Shown piece by piece: positions 39,585-47,646 of a stretch of DNA of 64,000 nt. The translations under genes were made by a program, and so were the position numbers. The stretch is taken from the NCBI GenBank assembly GCA_964535935.1, contig CAZHWM010000025.1, positions 6,159 through 70,158 on the forward strand, given 5' to 3'. The stretch is from an uncultured Planctomycetales bacterium (GTDB lineage Bacteria > Omnitrophota > Gorgyraeia > Zapsychrales > Zapsychraceae). The notes beneath the pieces are model-generated. The model saw only the letters and a list, made by a program, of their open reading frames with translations, was not told where the DNA came from and searched no databases. Each line of letters opens with the position of its first letter. The stretch's first letter is position 1.

Positions 39585-41075
39585 CTAAAACCATGAACTA
39601 ACTAAAGCCATACCATCTAAAGAAGCATCCATACAAATATGCTTTGCCTGAGTATATTCCAAAAGCCCATCTCTTCCTAACTCCCTGCCAAAACCACTTC
39701 GCTTACATCCGCCAAAAGGGGCCTCATTGTAAAAACCACCGTAAGTATTTACCCACACCGTACCACATCTAAGTCTATCTGCAACTCGTTGGGCCTTATC
39801 GGTATCCTTACTCCATATACATGCAGCCAGGCCATATTCATTATCGTTAGCAATACTAACAGCCTCTTGTTCCGAAGAAAATTTTATAACAGATAATACA
39901 GGGCCAAATATCTCTTCTCTGGCAATAGTCATAGGATTTTTTACATCCGCAAATATTGTAGGTTCAAAATAAAATCCATTGGGATTAATCCCTTCTCCTT
40001 CTGGGACCTTCCCCCCACAGACAAGCCTTGCCCCTTCCTCTATTCCCTTCTCAACAACACTTAAAACATTATCCCTATGCCTTTTGCTTATAAGCGGACC
40101 GAATTCTGTTTCATAACTTGCAGCATCGCCTATCTTAAGCGATTGAGTCTTCTTAATAAGCAGATTTAAAAACTCATCATATATCTTATCTTCGAGAAGG
40201 AGCCTTGAGCCTGCAGTACACATTTGCCCCTGATTCATAAAAATAGCAGCCATCGTACCGCCAACAGCAGCATTTATATCACAATCTGCAAACACAATAT
40301 TAGGAGATTTTCCTCCTAATTCAAGGCATAATTTTTTTGTATTAATAGATGCCAGCTGCATTACCTTCCTACCTGTGTCTGTGCCCCCTGTAAAACTTAT
40401 CATATCCACATCACTACTTTTTATTAATTCAGCTCCAACTCCATGATCCGAACTGGGGATTATATTCAATACTCCCTCCGGCAGACCTACATCCTGAATA
40501 ATCTCAGCAAGCCGCATTATTGACACACTGGCAAAAGAAGACGGTTTAAAAACCACACTGTTGCCTACAATAAGCGCAGGGGCTGTCTTCCATCCAAACA
40601 TAATTAACGGATAATTCCAAGGTATAATACAGCCAACAACACCTATTGGTTCCCTAACAGTCTTACTCTTTACAGGCCAATTGGCAATGGTATTAACCTC
40701 ATCTTCAACCCATGATTCAACCCTACTACCAAAAAATTCAAACGTATCGGCCACTGTAGGCACATCAATAAATGTAGTCTGTTTTATAGTCTTACCTGTA
40801 TCAAGGGTCTCTAACTCTGCCAACTCATGTGCATTCTCCCTAATCAGATCTGCTATTTTTACTAAATACTGACCACGCTCCTTAATAGAGATCCTACTCC
40901 AACTCCCTCCATCAAATGCCTTACGCGCAGAAGATATTGCCTCCTGCATATCTTCTATCCTAGCATCCGCAACATAGGCAAATGGTTCCCCACAAGAAGG
41001 ATTTACACTTTCAAAATATCCTCCGCTAATAGATGCACATAACCTACCGTTCTTGAATAAATCATATCTTCTCAT
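39585..41075 (-). CDS. NAD(P)-dependent aldehyde dehydrogenase
   Basis: PWNYPL, FTGGTDTGRKV, LELGGKSP, the catalytic Cys context NQGQMCTAGSR, and EEIFGPV. ATG 41075 forms an ATGA overlap with the upstream aldolase stop. Confidence 0.9.
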   Translation of the reverse strand: MRRYDLFKNGRLCASISGGYFESVNPSCGEPFAYVADARIEDMQEAISSARKAFDGGSWSRISIKERGQYLVKIADLIRENAHELAELETLDTGKTIKQTTFIDVPTVADTFEFFGSRVESWVEDEVNTIANWPVKSKTVREPIGVVGCIIPWNYPLIMFGWKTAPALIVGNSVVFKPSSFASVSIMRLAEIIQDVGLPEGVLNIIPSSDHGVGAELIKSSDVDMISFTGGTDTGRKVMQLASINTKKLCLELGGKSPNIVFADCDINAAVGGTMAAIFMNQGQMCTAGSRLLLEDKIYDEFLNLLIKKTQSLKIGDAASYETEFGPLISKRHRDNVLSVVEKGIEEGARLVCGGKVPEGEGINPNGFYFEPTIFADVKNPMTIAREEIFGPVLSVIKFSSEQEAVSIANDNEYGLAACIWSKDTDKAQRVADRLRCGTVWVNTYGGFYNEAPFGGCKRSGFGRELGRDGLLEYTQAKHICMDASLDGMALVSSWF

Positions 41076-42079
41076 ATAATTTTCACATCCTGCCATAATT
41101 CAAAAAGCCTACTGCAAGGTGCATACCATCTTGATATCCTTGCAAAGTCACCTCGCAGGCTCATTTTCTTCTGTGTAGTTGCAACAAAGGGATCTATCTC
41201 TCTATTAAAAACCGCACGCCACACATTCTCATCCGCACTTATCAAAAATTCAACATCCTCATCATTACCTGTCTCAACAATCCTGCCATTTTCAAACTTA
41301 AAACTATAAAGCTTACCTGTTTCATTTAATTTAACTGCCAATGTCATAGTCATCTTTGTCTGAGCACCAAGCCGTGCCATCTTTTCATCATTATTAACCA
41401 AATCTACAATTGCATCTATCTGCTCTTGAGAAAACAATTCATACCTTTTATCCGACTGCTCTATTATCGCATCTTTCTCCCCATTATCTGACGAACATAT
41501 CTCTGTTTGCATCCTGTATAAATGACTTATAGCCTCTATTTTAGCTGCATCTTCTAGTGCCTGAATTAACAAAAAACAGTCAAACAACTCCCTACCTATA
41601 GCAACCACACCATGATTTCTTAATACTGTTATATTATTCTCTTTTAACAACTCAATTACAGGAGCTGTATCTGTAACCGACGGTGTCATCTGCTCAGCAG
41701 ATCTTACCCTGCCAAGATAAATCTTGGACTCAAATATACGCGGAGATAAATTTTCATGTTCTAAGAAAAATGCATTCGTATAAATTGTATGAGTATGAAT
41801 TATTGCCTGTATGTTCTCAAACTGTTTATACACATCCGTATGCAACAACCGCTCACTCGATGCCTCGCCGCCTTCCTTTACCGTTCCGTCAAGGGCCATC
41901 AACACTATATCCTCCTCCTTAAGCAGACCTAAACAAGTACTTCTTCCTGTTAATAAAATAGTGTCTTCACTAACCCTGCAACTTATATTACCATTAAGCC
42001 CTGATACCAATCCTTTATCCCACAATAACTTCCCAATTTCTATAATCTTTCTCCTTAGGCTCTCTTTGTCTTTTTTCAT
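41072..42079 (-). CDS. Class II aldolase/adducin-domain protein fused to an SCP2-like C-terminal domain
   Basis: 335 aa. N-terminal half: GLVSGLNGNISCRV, SSERLLHTDVY, IIHTHT and LRNHGVVAIG, the class II aldolase family that includes MtnB/FucA/Ald2. C-terminal ~110 aa: LAVKLNETGKLYSFKFENG...ISADENVWRAVFNREIDPFVATTQKKMSLRGDFARISRW, an SCP2-like pattern. Confidence 0.78.
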   Translation of the reverse strand: MKKDKESLRRKIIEIGKLLWDKGLVSGLNGNISCRVSEDTILLTGRSTCLGLLKEEDIVLMALDGTVKEGGEASSERLLHTDVYKQFENIQAIIHTHTIYTNAFFLEHENLSPRIFESKIYLGRVRSAEQMTPSVTDTAPVIELLKENNITVLRNHGVVAIGRELFDCFLLIQALEDAAKIEAISHLYRMQTEICSSDNGEKDAIIEQSDKRYELFSQEQIDAIVDLVNNDEKMARLGAQTKMTMTLAVKLNETGKLYSFKFENGRIVETGNDEDVEFLISADENVWRAVFNREIDPFVATTQKKMSLRGDFARISRWYAPCSRLFELWQDVKII

Positions 42080-42097
42080 TTATTCCTCCATAAAATA

Positions 42098-42604
42098 TCA
42101 AACAACATTTGTTACATACCTTAACGGTACAGCTTCCAAAAGAGGGACATATCCCCTAATCCCTCTAGGCGCAACCCTTATGCCATTAAAATTAAAAATC
42201 TCCTTTTCATCTGCAAACTGTCCACTTTTACTACTGGCGTACGATAAGAATACCGGCACATGATGTCTTTTTGCCAAAACAGATAAAATTAACCCACCTA
42301 CAAGACACACAGCCTCTTCACCATCTCTATCCTGATAAGAAAGCCATACCTCCTTGACCATATGCTTAAAAAAAAGGAATCCTGCCATATTATCAGATAT
42401 TATTACAGGACGTATCCCTAATTTAAGAAGATGCCTGCACGCATGCTTTAAAGACTTAAGGGTCGGTCTAGCTTCCAACACAAAGACCTTCTCAATTTGC
42501 TGTTTCTTCAACCTAACGAAAAACTCATCTTCAAAAAACCCATGAATGATAACAGAACCTTTATTGTCTATATCATCTTTATTATTTATAGTACTTGAAG
42601 ACAT
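42098..42604 (-). CDS. Short eIF-2B/MtnA-family paralog (C-terminal Rossmann-like domain only)
   Basis: 168 aa. VFVLEARPTLKSLKHACRHLLKLGIRPVIISDNMAGFLF...VPVFLSYASSK...VPLLEAVPLRYVTNVV is collinear with the C-terminal half of the adjacent full-length MtnA-like protein (ATETRPYMQGAKLT..EL...G..VTLVADNA...IPFYAL...PAFDVVPRKYLT). Confidence 0.5.
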   Translation of the reverse strand: MSSSTINNKDDIDNKGSVIIHGFFEDEFFVRLKKQQIEKVFVLEARPTLKSLKHACRHLLKLGIRPVIISDNMAGFLFFKHMVKEVWLSYQDRDGEEAVCLVGGLILSVLAKRHHVPVFLSYASSKSGQFADEKEIFNFNGIRVAPRGIRGYVPLLEAVPLRYVTNVV

Positions 42605-42658
42605 AATAATATTTATTTCTTAAATAAAAAACATAAAAAACAATAATTAGACAAACAC

Positions 42659-43660
42659 TCAACCCACCTCTATCTCTATGCTCCCTCCTGTCAGATACTT
42701 TCTAGGAACTACATCAAAAGCAGGATAAAAGGCATCAACATTACCTCTAACAATCTTTCTGCCTCCAAACCTCAACAACTCATCCGCAGGCCTTATCTCC
42801 ACAGGGATATCATTCCCTGACGGTATCCTATTAGAGGGCTGAATAAGCGCATAGAACGGGATAGAAAACTCCTTAGCAAGCACCGCAATCTGATAAGTAC
42901 CTATCTTGTTTGCAAAATCCCCATTAGCACATGAGCGGTCTGAGCCAACAATCACCTTATTAACCAACCCATCTGCCATCAAAGAACCTATAGCGTTATC
43001 CGCCACTAAAGTCACATCTGCTCCCATTTTTTTTAACTCCCAGCAGGTCAACTTCGCCCCTTGCATATAAGGCCGTGTCTCAGTTGCAAAATAATGCACA
43101 AGCTTACCCTGCTGACTACATAACCATGCAGCCATAGCCAACTCTCCGCTTACATTACAATGAGTCAAAACCTTATCCCCATCCTCAATTACATCCGCTA
43201 TCCTTCTAACCCTATCAAGTCGTCTTTGTCTGATAGCCTCCATATACCCTAAAATACGCATACTAACAAATTCTACAAAATCCTCATCCTGTTTTATGGC
43301 CTGCATACCCCAGCCCAAACACATAGAAGTAACTTCTTTAAAAGGAAAAGTAGGCCTACTGTTCTCAATTTTCTCTGCTATATCCTCTAACAGCGACAGT
43401 AACTGTTCTGATTGTTTATATTTGCTCCCAGCCTTATCCAATTCCAACAAAAAAGTATTCAGAACAACCAAAAACTGACCGAACGCCCTGGTCTTCATCT
43501 GCCTTATGGCCTTGACAGCTTCCTTCACATCCTTAGCCTTTATATAAACTGTCTTTGCAGGCAATGAAGTCTCATCAAGAATAATAACCGCATTCCTGCT
43601 TAATCTAACCGGCCAAAATAAAGGTGATTCTTTTATCTGATCCAATCTATCAACAGACAT
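42659..43660 (-). CDS. Methylthioribose-1-phosphate / 5-deoxyribose-1-phosphate isomerase family (eIF-2B alpha/beta/delta-like, MtnA-like)
   Basis: 333 aa. THCNVSG, ATETRPYMQGAKLTCWEL, VTLVADNA, VIVGSDRSCANGDFANKIGTYQIAVLAKEFSIPFYAL and YPAFDVVP. Confidence 0.85.
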   Translation of the reverse strand: MSVDRLDQIKESPLFWPVRLSRNAVIILDETSLPAKTVYIKAKDVKEAVKAIRQMKTRAFGQFLVVLNTFLLELDKAGSKYKQSEQLLSLLEDIAEKIENSRPTFPFKEVTSMCLGWGMQAIKQDEDFVEFVSMRILGYMEAIRQRRLDRVRRIADVIEDGDKVLTHCNVSGELAMAAWLCSQQGKLVHYFATETRPYMQGAKLTCWELKKMGADVTLVADNAIGSLMADGLVNKVIVGSDRSCANGDFANKIGTYQIAVLAKEFSIPFYALIQPSNRIPSGNDIPVEIRPADELLRFGGRKIVRGNVDAFYPAFDVVPRKYLTGGSIEIEVG

Positions 43661-43688
43661 TTTAGGGTCCTTAGGGGCTAATTCTGCT

Positions 43689-43757
43689 ATTCTGCACTAT
43701 TTAACCTTGTTAAATAGTGAAAAATGCACAAATCAACAAGGTTAAATAGTGCAGAAT
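43689..43757. repeat. Palindromic intergenic repeat, copy R5
   Basis: attctgcactatttaaccttgttaaatagtgaaaaatgcacaaatcaacaaggttaaatagtgcagaat. TA at both junctions. The 8 nt immediately upstream (attctgct) nearly duplicate the element terminus. Confidence 0.95.
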
Positions 43758-43760
43758 AGA

Positions 43761-44516
43761 TTAGTTAGATTGATTTAGCCCTTTTATAACATTAAAAGCA
43801 ATATTAATCATTGCAGTTTCTGCCATATAATAATTTGGGTTCATAAACCCCATCTCACCTGTAATAACATTATCACTAACTGCCAACATCACTGCAGCAG
43901 GTATATTATACGTTTGAGCAATCGTCAAAAATGCTGCAGTTACCATGTCAACTGCAATCGCACCATCATCAACCGCCCTGCCAACAAACTCACGCGTCTC
44001 TTTTAATATTGCATCTGTTGTCCAACAACTCCCAACATGCACCTTACACGAAGCATCCTCAGCTGCTTTAATAAACTCATCTGTCAAAGATTTATCTGCA
44101 GTAGGGACAAAATCCTTCTCAACATAATACTGAGTTACACCTTCTCCTCTTAGCGCTGTGCTGACCACTACTAAATCCCCGACCTGTATATCCTCACGCA
44201 ATGCACCGCAACTACCTATACGCAATAAATAGCCAACTTGCGCATTACACAATATTTCCGTGGTTATCGCTGTATCTGCTGAAAAACGACCACCATTAAT
44301 AGTAGTAACCTTTATTCCATCGAAAAAACCTGTATACATCGTATATTCCATAAATGAAAAATTTTTAACAGGTTGCTCAAGCTTCTTTACAACCGCCTCC
44401 ATCCTATCTTTGGGCCCAGGCACAATAGCATACCTGCCAACATCTTCGGCCCTAAGCTGGACCATCTCCATCAAATCTTTTCCTGTCATATGAACATCTT
44501 TTCGCATCTGAGACAT
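43761..44516 (-). CDS. Nucleoside phosphorylase, PNP_UDP_1 family (purine/uridine/MTA-type)
   Basis: 251 aa. GPKDRMEAV, TTINGGRFSADTAITTEIL, LLRIGSCGAL, VGDLVV and AVDMVTAA. Confidence 0.8.
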   Translation of the reverse strand: MSQMRKDVHMTGKDLMEMVQLRAEDVGRYAIVPGPKDRMEAVVKKLEQPVKNFSFMEYTMYTGFFDGIKVTTINGGRFSADTAITTEILCNAQVGYLLRIGSCGALREDIQVGDLVVVSTALRGEGVTQYYVEKDFVPTADKSLTDEFIKAAEDASCKVHVGSCWTTDAILKETREFVGRAVDDGAIAVDMVTAAFLTIAQTYNIPAAVMLAVSDNVITGEMGFMNPNYYMAETAMINIAFNVIKGLNQSN

Positions 44517-44571
44517 CTATTTCTCCTCTCTCACATCAATATTATTGATAAATATAAAATTAGGGATTCTC

Positions 44572-46128
44572 TCATCCCACACCTATACCCTTAGTTTCTT
44601 CTCTTTCCTTAAGAATGGCTTTATCAATCTTTCCTGTCCTATTTTTAGGAAGCATATCTACTATCTCAATCGACTGTGGAACCTTAAAATTTGCCAAGTG
44701 CTGGCGGACAAAATACCGCAACTCATCACCTTCCAAGACAGCCCACTCCTTCAACACCACAAATGCCTTGACTGCCTCCCCCTTCATTTTATCAGGTATG
44801 CCTATAACTGCAGCCTCTTTAACAGCCTCATGCTTATAAAGTGCATCCTCCACTTCTGGTGCATAAACAATCTGGCCTCCTACCTTAATCATCTCCTTCT
44901 TTCTGCCCACAATATAAAGAAAGCCATCCTTATCAAACCTACCAAGATCCCCTGTATGAAGCCATCCATCACGAAGAACCGCAGCAGTTGCCTCAGGATC
45001 CTTATAATAAGCATCCATAACCACCCATCCACCAATAATAACCTCTCCTATCTCTCCTACAGAAAGTTCATTATCTTCATCGTCAACTATCTTAATTTGA
45101 CAATGAGGAGCAGGTTTACCAACACTTGCTATATTATCACTGTCAAATGGAGTAACAGTATTTGGTGGACAGGTCTCTGTCATCCCCCAACCATTTAAAA
45201 GTTTGGCATTAGGACAATACCTGTTAAACCTTTTCATAATAACAGGTGAAGACGGCGCACCAAAGACCACTACCCAGCGAAGAGAGGACAAATCAAACCT
45301 ATCTATTTGCTTCAAGGTAAGTATGGCATTATACATCGGAGGCACAATATGAAAACATGTAACTTTATACTGCTGGACCTTCTCTAAAAATTCAAATGGA
45401 TGAAATCTCTCCATTAAGACAAGAGTGATACCAAACTTGATACAATTCTGGATATAAATAAACCCACCTATATGGCTTAAGGGGAGCGCACATAGTTTTA
45501 CATCCTTATCTGAAAGGTCAACAAAATATTCCATTGCTGCAGGAGAACCATCCAAATGCCTATAATTCAGCAATACCCCTTTAGGCCTACCTGTGGTACC
45601 TGAGGTATACATAATTAAGGCCGGTGCGTGATCTGAGATATCTATTTTATCAAGACATGGACAGTCCTCTTCCATCAGATTATCATACAATAATGAAACT
45701 ACCTGCCCTGTATCTGCCGAGTTGCCAACCAAAACCATATACTCTAACCCAACTGCCGCGACTGAAATATCTTTAAATTCAACACCTGTCTTTGGCCTAG
45801 CAATCAACAAACGTGCCTGCGAATGAGAAATGCAAGATATAAGTTCATCTGCCTTCAACATATAATCCAGAGGGACCCCAACCGCGCCAATACAAAAACA
45901 TGCCAAATATGAATAAATATACTCCGGGCAATTTGGCAAATAAATAGCAACCTTATCTGATTTATTAACTCCCCTTGCCTTCAACGCAGATGCCAAGCGC
46001 AACGTATTATCCCTCAACTGCCTAAATGATATCTCATTGCCCTTAAAAATAACCGCAGGCTTATCACCGAATCTATCTGCAACATTATCTAATACCTGTC
46101 TTATATCCATCCTATTTTCTCCAAACAC
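44572..46128 (-). CDS. AMP-dependent acyl-CoA/acyl-ACP synthetase (ANL superfamily)
   Basis: 518 aa. MYTSGTTGRPKGV (A3 motif), GWGMTE, TGDLGRFDKDGFLYIVGRKKEMIK and LPKNRTGKI. Confidence 0.9.
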   Translation of the reverse strand: MFGENRMDIRQVLDNVADRFGDKPAVIFKGNEISFRQLRDNTLRLASALKARGVNKSDKVAIYLPNCPEYIYSYLACFCIGAVGVPLDYMLKADELISCISHSQARLLIARPKTGVEFKDISVAAVGLEYMVLVGNSADTGQVVSLLYDNLMEEDCPCLDKIDISDHAPALIMYTSGTTGRPKGVLLNYRHLDGSPAAMEYFVDLSDKDVKLCALPLSHIGGFIYIQNCIKFGITLVLMERFHPFEFLEKVQQYKVTCFHIVPPMYNAILTLKQIDRFDLSSLRWVVVFGAPSSPVIMKRFNRYCPNAKLLNGWGMTETCPPNTVTPFDSDNIASVGKPAPHCQIKIVDDEDNELSVGEIGEVIIGGWVVMDAYYKDPEATAAVLRDGWLHTGDLGRFDKDGFLYIVGRKKEMIKVGGQIVYAPEVEDALYKHEAVKEAAVIGIPDKMKGEAVKAFVVLKEWAVLEGDELRYFVRQHLANFKVPQSIEIVDMLPKNRTGKIDKAILKEREETKGIGVG

Positions 46129-46264
46129 ATCTATAAATCAACTACAAATTCATTATATTTTTCAATCACACTAACTAAAAAGACATAAGCCAAAGACAAA
46201 TCTCTCCCATTTTTTATAACCGAAAAAATATCTCATACCACCTTCTTTAATCAACCTAATAACC

Positions 46265-46669
46265 CTACTCCATTTCCTCGATTATCTCAGCAACCTTACA
46301 TTCAAAATGACAAAAAAGAGGATAATACGTATGTTTAATTTCAGAATATATCCTAAATGCAAGTTGTTCATCATAAATATGGGCAGCCATATTCCTATCT
46401 TCAAGCATTGAAATCCATGTCTCACCATCAACCATTATCTCTTGTTTAAATGCCTCCTTAATAACCGAACGAGGACTACTCACCAATATTCCCCTATATT
46501 CTAAAATATCCTTCGCTAATCTCCATGACAGCTCAAATACAAATTCAAACCTCTGAATAGTAGCATCAATAATTGCATCCGTAAGAGATAAATCTTCCTC
46601 AATAACCGATGCCAATCTTTTTAACGCATGCTGAAAATCTAAAAACCGCTGCTCAACTCTCTTTGTCAT
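46265..46669 (-). CDS. hepT: HEPN-domain toxin HepT (HI0074-family nucleotidyltransferase substrate-binding protein)
   Basis: 134 aa. DATIQRFEFVFELSWRLAKDILEY and an Rx4H HEPN motif, EDRNMAAHIYD. Overlaps the upstream MNT gene by 17 nt. Confidence 0.88.
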   Translation of the reverse strand: MTKRVEQRFLDFQHALKRLASVIEEDLSLTDAIIDATIQRFEFVFELSWRLAKDILEYRGILVSSPRSVIKEAFKQEIMVDGETWISMLEDRNMAAHIYDEQLAFRIYSEIKHTYYPLFCHFECKVAEIIEEME

Positions 46670-46967
46670 ATATCACAATCCCATCTTTTACTATCTCATC
46701 TTTCAATGCCTGTTTTTCCAAATCATAAAAATGGACCACATCAAACTTCAATGGCGTCCTAACCTCCTCATCCAATGCATTCCTAACAAGATTTATATCT
46801 TTATATGTCCAATTACGACTAAATATAGCTATATCTATATCAGAACTGCGGCTAAAATCTCCTCTTGCCCTAGATCCAAAAATAACTATCTTGTCTACAT
46901 CTTTCTGAGACACAATAATGTTTACAATTTTATCTAATACCTTTTTATCTAAACCAACATTTAACAT
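46653..46967 (-). CDS. mntA: Minimal nucleotidyltransferase antitoxin MntA
   Basis: 104 aa. IFGSRARGDFSRSSDIDIAIF is the GSx10DxD polymerase-beta-type NTase motif. Confidence 0.88.
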   Translation of the reverse strand: MLNVGLDKKVLDKIVNIIVSQKDVDKIVIFGSRARGDFSRSSDIDIAIFSRNWTYKDINLVRNALDEEVRTPLKFDVVHFYDLEKQALKDEIVKDGIVIYDKES

Positions 46968-46977
46968 ATTATTAACA

Positions 46978-46999
46978 AACTAGTAAAATTTTACTAGTT
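46978..46999. promoter_or_regulatory. 22-bp perfect palindrome upstream of mntA (candidate autoregulatory operator)
   Basis: AACTAGTAAAATTTTACTAGTT equals its own reverse complement. It lies 11-32 nt upstream of the mntA start codon. Confidence 0.5.
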
Positions 47000-47049
47000 A
47001 GATTTTAATAAATATATAAGTATTGTCAAGGGATATTCATAAAGAAAAA

Positions 47050-47565
47050 CTAAAATAATATATCTGTTAATCTAGCTATAGATTTAATCTCTGCCTCGAC
47101 TAAATCAAGGTCATGATCAAGGATTATCTGAAGGTGTTTTTTGGAAGGAGCAATATTTTTCTTTAATGCCTCAATCTCTTTTTTTATACGTTTCAAAAAT
47201 ATCTGTCTTGCACGGAGTCTTCTTTTGGCAATATGTTTATCCACATACTGTAAAAAATAAAGAGACAAATCTATCTTAAAATATGGGCGTTCAATAGAAA
47301 GAAAACTCTCCGTAATAAGATGCTCAAATATCTCTTTTCCTTTAGGTGTAAGACTATAAATATATCTCTCCGGGAACCTGCCCTCACGGCCTACATCCTT
47401 TTTAATAAGGCCAAGATTCTCCATCCTTTTTAATGGATAATAAATCGACTTTATTTTAAGCCCGACAAAAGGAAAAAGCTCTTCTTCAATAAGACGCTTA
47501 ATCTCATAACCATGCTTAGGGCCATCCTTAAGCAAGCCTAAAAACAAAAGCTCATTTTCTATCAT
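47050..47565 (-). CDS. PadR family transcriptional regulator
   Basis: 171 aa. LLKDGPKHGYEIKRLIEE...SIYYPLKRMENLGLIK...YSLTPKGKE is a winged-helix PadR signature. Confidence 0.88.
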   Translation of the reverse strand: MIENELLFLGLLKDGPKHGYEIKRLIEEELFPFVGLKIKSIYYPLKRMENLGLIKKDVGREGRFPERYIYSLTPKGKEIFEHLITESFLSIERPYFKIDLSLYFLQYVDKHIAKRRLRARQIFLKRIKKEIEALKKNIAPSKKHLQIILDHDLDLVEAEIKSIARLTDILF

Positions 47566-47588
47566 AACAAAATACTAACAACCAAATA

Positions 47589-47615
47589 GCACAATTTAAC
47601 TCTGCTGACTTATAC
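47589..47615. repeat. Degenerate half-unit remnant of the palindromic repeat
   Basis: gcacaatttaac matches the repeat exactly. The following 15 nt match at about 9 of 15 positions. Confidence 0.3.
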
Positions 47616-47646
47616 AATTAAAACCCATTTAAACACCACCCAACTC

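Noticed and set aside
44545-45198. 217-aa plus-strand ORF, the largest plus-strand ORF in the track, plus the 73- and 74-aa plus ORFs nearby
   Set aside because: It lies entirely antisense to a well-supported AMP-ligase gene. The sequence is low-complexity (I/L/N/S/K-rich) with no motifs. This is a typical shadow ORF in AT-rich DNA.
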